Shown one piece after another: positions 8,011-13,239 of a stretch of 13,239 nt of DNA; position 1 is the first letter of the stretch; each line of letters begins with the position of its first letter. The stretch comes from Octopus sinensis (lineage: Eukaryota). Made by a program: the position numbers and the translations under genes. The stretch covers positions 1-13,239 of the forward strand of contig NW_021826178.1 in the NCBI RefSeq assembly GCF_006345805.1, in the 5' to 3' direction. The notes under the pieces are model-generated. The model saw only the letters and a program-made list of their open reading frames with translations, was not told where the DNA came from and ran no database searches.

Positions 8011-8426
8011 CATCATCATCATCATCACCATCATTATCACCTGCACAATTATCATCGCAATCATCATCATCAACATCATAGCCATCGTCATCATTGCCAC
8101 CACCTCCAACATTATCATCATCATCATCACCATCATCGCCATGATCACCATCATCATCATCGCCATCATCATCATCACCATCATTGCTATTATCACCATC
8201 ATCATCATCATCATTCATCACCACCATCACCATCATAATCTCCAACATTAACATAATCAACATTATCATCATCATCTTCATCAACATTCATCGCCACTAT
8301 CATCATAACCATCACCATCGGCATCATCATAGACATCATAACCATCATCAACCTCATCGTATTCATCATCATCATCACCATCATCATTATCATGATCGAC
8401 ATCATCATTATCATCATAATATCGTT

Positions 8427-8463
<37 letters not shown>

Positions 8464-8485
8464 ATCAGCATCATCATCATAATCC

Positions 8486-8528
<43 letters not shown>

Positions 8529-8604
8529 CATCATCGTTATCCTCCTCCTCCTCCTCCTCCTCCTCTCATCATCATCATTATCATCATCATCATCATCCTC
8601 ATCC

Positions 8605-8640
<36 letters not shown>

Positions 8641-8956
8641 CCAACATCATCATCATCATTATCATCATTATCATCATCATCAGCATCATCATCAGCATCA
8701 TCATCCTCATCATCCTCATCCTCATCATCATCATCATCATCCTCATCATCCTCATCCTCATCATCATCATCATCATCATCATCCTCATCATCATCATCAT
8801 CATTATCATCATCCTCATTATCCTCATCATCATCCTCCTCATCATCATCATCAACATCATCATCATCATCATCTTCCATCATCATCATCATCATCATCAA
8901 CATCATCATCAATATTATCATCATCATCTTCATCATCATATTCGTCATCATCATTA

Positions 8957-8987
<31 letters not shown>

Positions 8988-8988
8988 T

Positions 8989-9022
<34 letters not shown>

Positions 9023-9616
9023 CCATTATCATCATCATCATAATCCTCATCATCATCATAATCCTCATAATCATCATCAGCCACAGCATTATCATCATCA
9101 ACATCATCATCATCGTTATCATCATCAACATCATCATCATCGTCATCAGCATCATCATCATCATCATTATCTTCATCAACATCATCATCATCATCCTCAT
9201 CCTCATCATCATCATCATCATCTTCATCATCATTATCATCATCATCATCATCATTATCATCTTCATCCTCATCATCATCACCATCATCATCACCATCATC
9301 ATCATCATCATCATCATCGTCATTATCATCATCAGCATCATCATTATCATCTTCATCCTTATCATCATCACCATCATCATCACCATCATCATCATCATCA
9401 TCATCGTCATTATCATCATCAGCATCATTATTATCATCATCATCATCATCATCATCGTCATTATCATCATCAGCATCATCATTATCATCATCATCATCAT
9501 CATCATCATTATCATCATCACCATCATCAGCTTCATCATCGTCGTCATCATCAACATTCATCGCCACTATAATTATAATCATCATCATCGCCGTCATCAT
9601 CATCATCATCATCATC
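8011..9616. repeat. ~1.6 kb imperfect (CAT)n/(ATG)n trinucleotide array
   Basis: Direct reading; includes a (CCT)n patch near 8541-8565 and several register shifts. Confidence 0.98.
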
Positions 9617-9672
9617 GGGATTGTTATGATTGAATAATGACTAATGAATTGGATCGATGACTAAAGAGAAGC

Positions 9673-9692
9673 TTGTTGTTGTTGTTGTTGTT
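9673..9692. repeat. (TTG)n microsatellite
   Basis: Direct reading. Confidence 0.85.
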
Positions 9693-9824
9693 TGCTAGCC
9701 TGCTGTTGTGCTGTTGTCCCACTGCAATTACTATGGCCTCTTTGGATATTAAACCTGTGTCTGCAATTGCAACAAATTTACAAACAAAAACACATCTGCA
9801 GATTTTACTTGATTCTCAACTTAC

Positions 9825-9982
9825 CCCAACACAGCATAATGTAAAGCTGTATCACCCCATACGTCTTTCGATCCCACCTCGCCTCCTGCTTCGATCAATA
9901 TTTCGATGATTCTTCTATCGGCACCCACTCCACAGGCCAACATTAAAGGAGTTGGTCCATCTCCATCAATAGGTTTATTAAT
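9825..9982 (-). CDS. Ankyrin-repeat protein, most 5' exon visible (phase 0 to 2)
   Basis: On minus: CCTCACTTCATTACAG acceptor, INKPIDGDGPTPLMLACGVGADRRIIEILIEAGGEVGSKDVWGDTALHYAVL + GG, then GTAAGT donor at 9824. Ankyrin motifs TPLMLA and TALHYA. Confidence 0.92.
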
Positions 9983-10021
9983 CTGTAATGAAGTGAGGAC
10001 ATGTGAAATAGAGAAATTCCA

Positions 10022-13000
10022 TTTTCTCTCTCTCTCTCTCTCTCTTTTCTCTCTTTGTCTCTCACTCTCTTTCTCGTTTTCTTTCCTCTTTCTCTCCTTC
10101 TTTCTCTCTCTATCTCCCTCTTTCATTTCTTTCCTTCTATTTCTTTTCTCACTTTCTCTGTCTTTCTCCTTTTTCTCTCTCTCTTTCTTTCTCCTCTCTC
10201 CGTGTCTCATTTACTCTCTCTCTCTTTTCTCTCTTTGTCTCTCACTCTCTTTCTCGTTTTCTTTCCTCTTTCTCTCCTTCTTTCTCTCTCTATCTCCCTC
10301 TTTCTCCTTTTTCTCTCTCTCTTTCTTTCTCCTCTCTCCGTGTCTCATTTACTCTCTCTCTCTTTTCTCTCTTTGTCTCTCACTCTCTTTCTCGTTTTCT
10401 TTCCTCTTTCTCTACTTCTTTCTCTCTCTATCTCCCTCTTTCATTTCTTTCCTTCTCTTTATTTTCTATCTTTCTCTCTCTTTCCCTTTTTCTTTTCACT
10501 CTTTCTTTCTCTTTCTCTCTCCGTATCTCTTTTACTCTCTCTCTCTTTCTTTTCTCTCTTTTCCCATTTTCCTTTCCTCTCTTTCTCTCTCACATTTCCT
10601 TCCTCTTTCTCTTTTTCTTTTTTCTCTTATCTTTCTCTTTCTCTATTTTTCAAGTTCTCTCTTTCTCTCTCCGTATCTCTCTCTCTTTCATTTCTTTCTC
10701 TTTCTATTCTTACATGCTGTCTCTTTCCCTTTTCTTCTCTCTCTTTCTTTCTCGCTCTCTCTTTTTCCTCTTTTTCTCTCTCTCATCTTTTCTCTCTTTT
10801 TCCATTTTACTTTTCTCTCTTTCTCTCTTTTTCTTTCTCGTTCTGTCTTTTTCCATTTCTCTTTCTTTATCTCTTTCTATTACTTTTTTCTCTTTCTTTC
10901 TCTTTCTGTCTCCTTCAATTTTCCTTTTCTCTCTTTCACCCAACCTTTTTCTCTTTCGTCTCTCTTTCTCTTTAACTTGTCTCTCTTTCTTTGATGCCCT
11001 TTCTCTTTTCCTTTACTCTCTCTTTCTTCTTCATTCCTTCTCTCACATTTTCTTTTCTATCTTTCTCTCTATGTCTCTTACACTTTTTTCTCTCTCTTTC
11101 CTTCCTCTCTCTCTCTTTTCAATCTGTCTTCCTCTCTCTTTCTTTCCCACTCTCTTTTCACTCCTATATTACCCTCTTTCCCTCTCTGTCTCTTTTCTCT
11201 TTCTCTCCCTCTCCTATTCTTATCTGTCACTTTCTTTTGACCCCTTTCCCTCTTTCTTTCTCCCCATCTCTTTTTCTCTTCTCTCCTTCTCTCCCGCTCT
11301 TTTACCTTTCTCTCCTGCTTTACTTTTCTCTCTTCTTTATCTCTCTCCTTTTCTTTTCCTTCTTTCTCTCCCCTTATTCGCTTCCTTTCATCTCTCTCCT
11401 TCTTTTCTCTCTTCCTCCCTCTCCCTCTCTTTCTTTCTGTCTCTTTGTCATTTCCTTTTTCTCTTCTTTCCCTTTTTTCCTTTTCTCCCTTTAAGGGACT
11501 TACTTTTTTCTTTTCTCTCCTCTCTTGCCTTCTCACTTTCTATTCTCTCTTTCTCCCTCTTTCTTTTCTCTCATTCTCTTTATCCCTTTTACGTCTCTTT
11601 TATCCCTCTCTTTCTCATTTCTCTCTCCTTCAGTGTTTGTCTTTCCTCTTTCTTCCTCTCTCTCTCTCCCATCTTCTCTCTTTATTTCTCTCAGTACCTT
11701 TTTCTTCTCTTATCTTCCATCTTACTCTCTTCCTCTCCTTCTTTCTCTTTTACTATTCTCTCTCTCTCCCTCCCTGCTTCTTTTCTCACTCTTTTTATTT
11801 TCTGGTTTTCCTTCTCCCTATCTCTCTTTATCTTTTCCTTTTCTCTCTTTCTCTCTCTGTTTCCTTTCTCTCTCTCTCTCTCTCTTCTTTCTTTTCTCTC
11901 TTTCGCTCGTTTTCTTTGTCTGTTCTCTCTTACTCTCTCATTTCCTCATTGTCTTTCTCTTTTTCTTTTCTCTCTATCTCTCTTTCTTTTTCTCTTTCTC
12001 TGTTCCTCTCATCTCTTTTTCTCTCCCTCTTTCTTTTCTCGCACTCTCACTTTTATCTCCTCTCCCTCCTTCTCGTTTTCTTTTTATCCTTCTTCCTCTC
12101 TCTCACTCTTTCATTTCTCTCTTTCTTCCTCTCGTTTCTTTTTCTCTCTCTTTTTCCTTTCTCGCTCTCTCACTTTTTTCTCCTTCTTTCTCCCTCTCGT
12201 TTTCTTTTTATCCTTCTTCCTCTCTCTCACTCTTTCATTTCTCTCTTTCTTTCTCTCATTTCTTTTTGTCTCTCTTTCCCTCAGGCATTTTTCTCCTTCT
12301 TTCTCCCTCTCGTTTTCTTTTTATCCTTCTTCCTCTCTCTCACTCTTTCATTTCTCTCTTTCTTCCTCTCGTTTCTTTCTCTCTCTTTCCTTTCTCGCTC
12401 TCAGGCTTTTTTCTCCTTCTTTCTCCCTCTCGTTTTCTTTTTATCCTTCTTCCTCTCTCTCACTCTTTCATTTCTCTCGTTCTTCCTCTCTTTTCTTTTT
12501 CTCTCTCTCTTTCGTTTCTCGCTCTCTCACTTTTTCTCCTTCTTTCTCCCTCTCGGTTTCTTTTTATCCTTCTTTCTCTCTCTCACTCTTTCATTTCTCT
12601 CTTTCTTCCTCTCGTTTTGTTTTCTCTCTCTTTCTTTTCTCGCTCTCTCACTTTTTTCTCCTTCTTTCTCCCTCTCGGTTTCTTTTTATCCTTCTTCCTC
12701 TCTCTCACTTCTCTCTTTCTTCCTCTCGTTTTGTTTTCTCTCTCTTTCTTTTCTCGCTCTCTCGCTTTTTTCTCCTTCTTTCTCCCTCTCGTTTTCTTTT
12801 TATCCTTCTTCCTCTCTCTCACTCTTTCATTTCTCTCTTTCTTCCTCTCCTTTCTTTCTCTCTCTCCTTCCTTTCTCGCTCTCTCACTTTTTTCTCCTTC
12901 TTTCTCCCTCTCGTTTTCTTTTTATCCTTCTTCCTCTCTCTCATTCTTTCATTTCTCTCTTTACTCTCTCGTTTCGTTCTCTCTCGCTTCTTTCTCCTTC

Positions 13001-13239
13001 TTTCTCCCTCTCGTTTTCTTTTTATCCTTCTTCCTCTCTCTCACTCTGTCATTTCTCTCTTTCTCTCTCTCGTTTTCTTTTTTCAATCTCATTCTCTTTA
13101 TCTTTTCTCTCCTTTTCTCTCTCTCTTTCTCTGTTTCGTTTCTCTTTTTGTCCTCTTTATAGTTCGCTCTCACTTTTCCTTTTCTTTCTTCTATTTTTCT
13201 CTTCCTCTCTTCTTTTTTCTCTTTCTTTTTCTTTCTCTC
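10022..13239. repeat. >3.2 kb C/T-rich (GA-rich on the transcribed strand) low-complexity tract with internal higher-order repeats
   Basis: Almost pure pyrimidine on +; runs to the window end. Confidence 0.97.
12030..13075. repeat. ~120-bp minisatellite, about 9 copies, within the CT tract
   Basis: Landmark TTTTTATCCTTCTT recurs with its A at 12086, 12210, 12323, 12443, 12566, 12688, 12802, 12924 and 13024. Confidence 0.9.

Noticed and set aside
7967-9633. Long poly-His/Ile/Ser/Met/Asp ORFs (up to 462 aa)
   Set aside because: Translations of the (CAT)n array, which lacks stops in most frames; it lies within a well-defined intron.
732-9982. Assigning the gene symbol MIB2
   Set aside because: Only ankyrin repeats are visible; no MIB/HERC2, ZZ or RING domains in the window, so orthology cannot be supported.
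12030-13075. CRISPR-like periodic array
   Set aside because: No unique spacers; whole units are low-complexity tandem copies in a eukaryotic intron.
9906-13173. Long Phe/Leu/Ser (+) and Arg/Glu/Lys (-) ORFs
   Set aside because: Artefacts of the polypyrimidine/polypurine tract; no domain content.

Overview
Repeat-dense eukaryotic genomic DNA. The SINE types, microsatellite load and repeat mix suggest a coleoid cephalopod (Octopus-like); this is inference. Five minus-strand exons with GT-AG boundaries and matching phases (9825-9982, 7787-7940, 4877-5031, 3871-3907, 732-944) splice into one open frame of 239 codons with about 7 ankyrin repeats. Start and stop lie outside the window. The introns hold a Helitron 3' end (1-203), a decayed RTE-clade LINE with a PHD-like finger inside its RT (~2014-3358), several SINE fragments, a 5'-truncated DD34D mariner (5661-~6669), a 1.6 kb (CAT)n array and a >3.2 kb polypyrimidine tract with higher-order repeats. 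The most unusual elements are two long fold-back inverted repeats (1376-1833 and 6666-7095). Both carry hammerhead-ribozyme-like motifs reminiscent of Penelope-like pLTRs or retrozymes. Nearly all long ORFs in the supplied track are simple-repeat artefacts.
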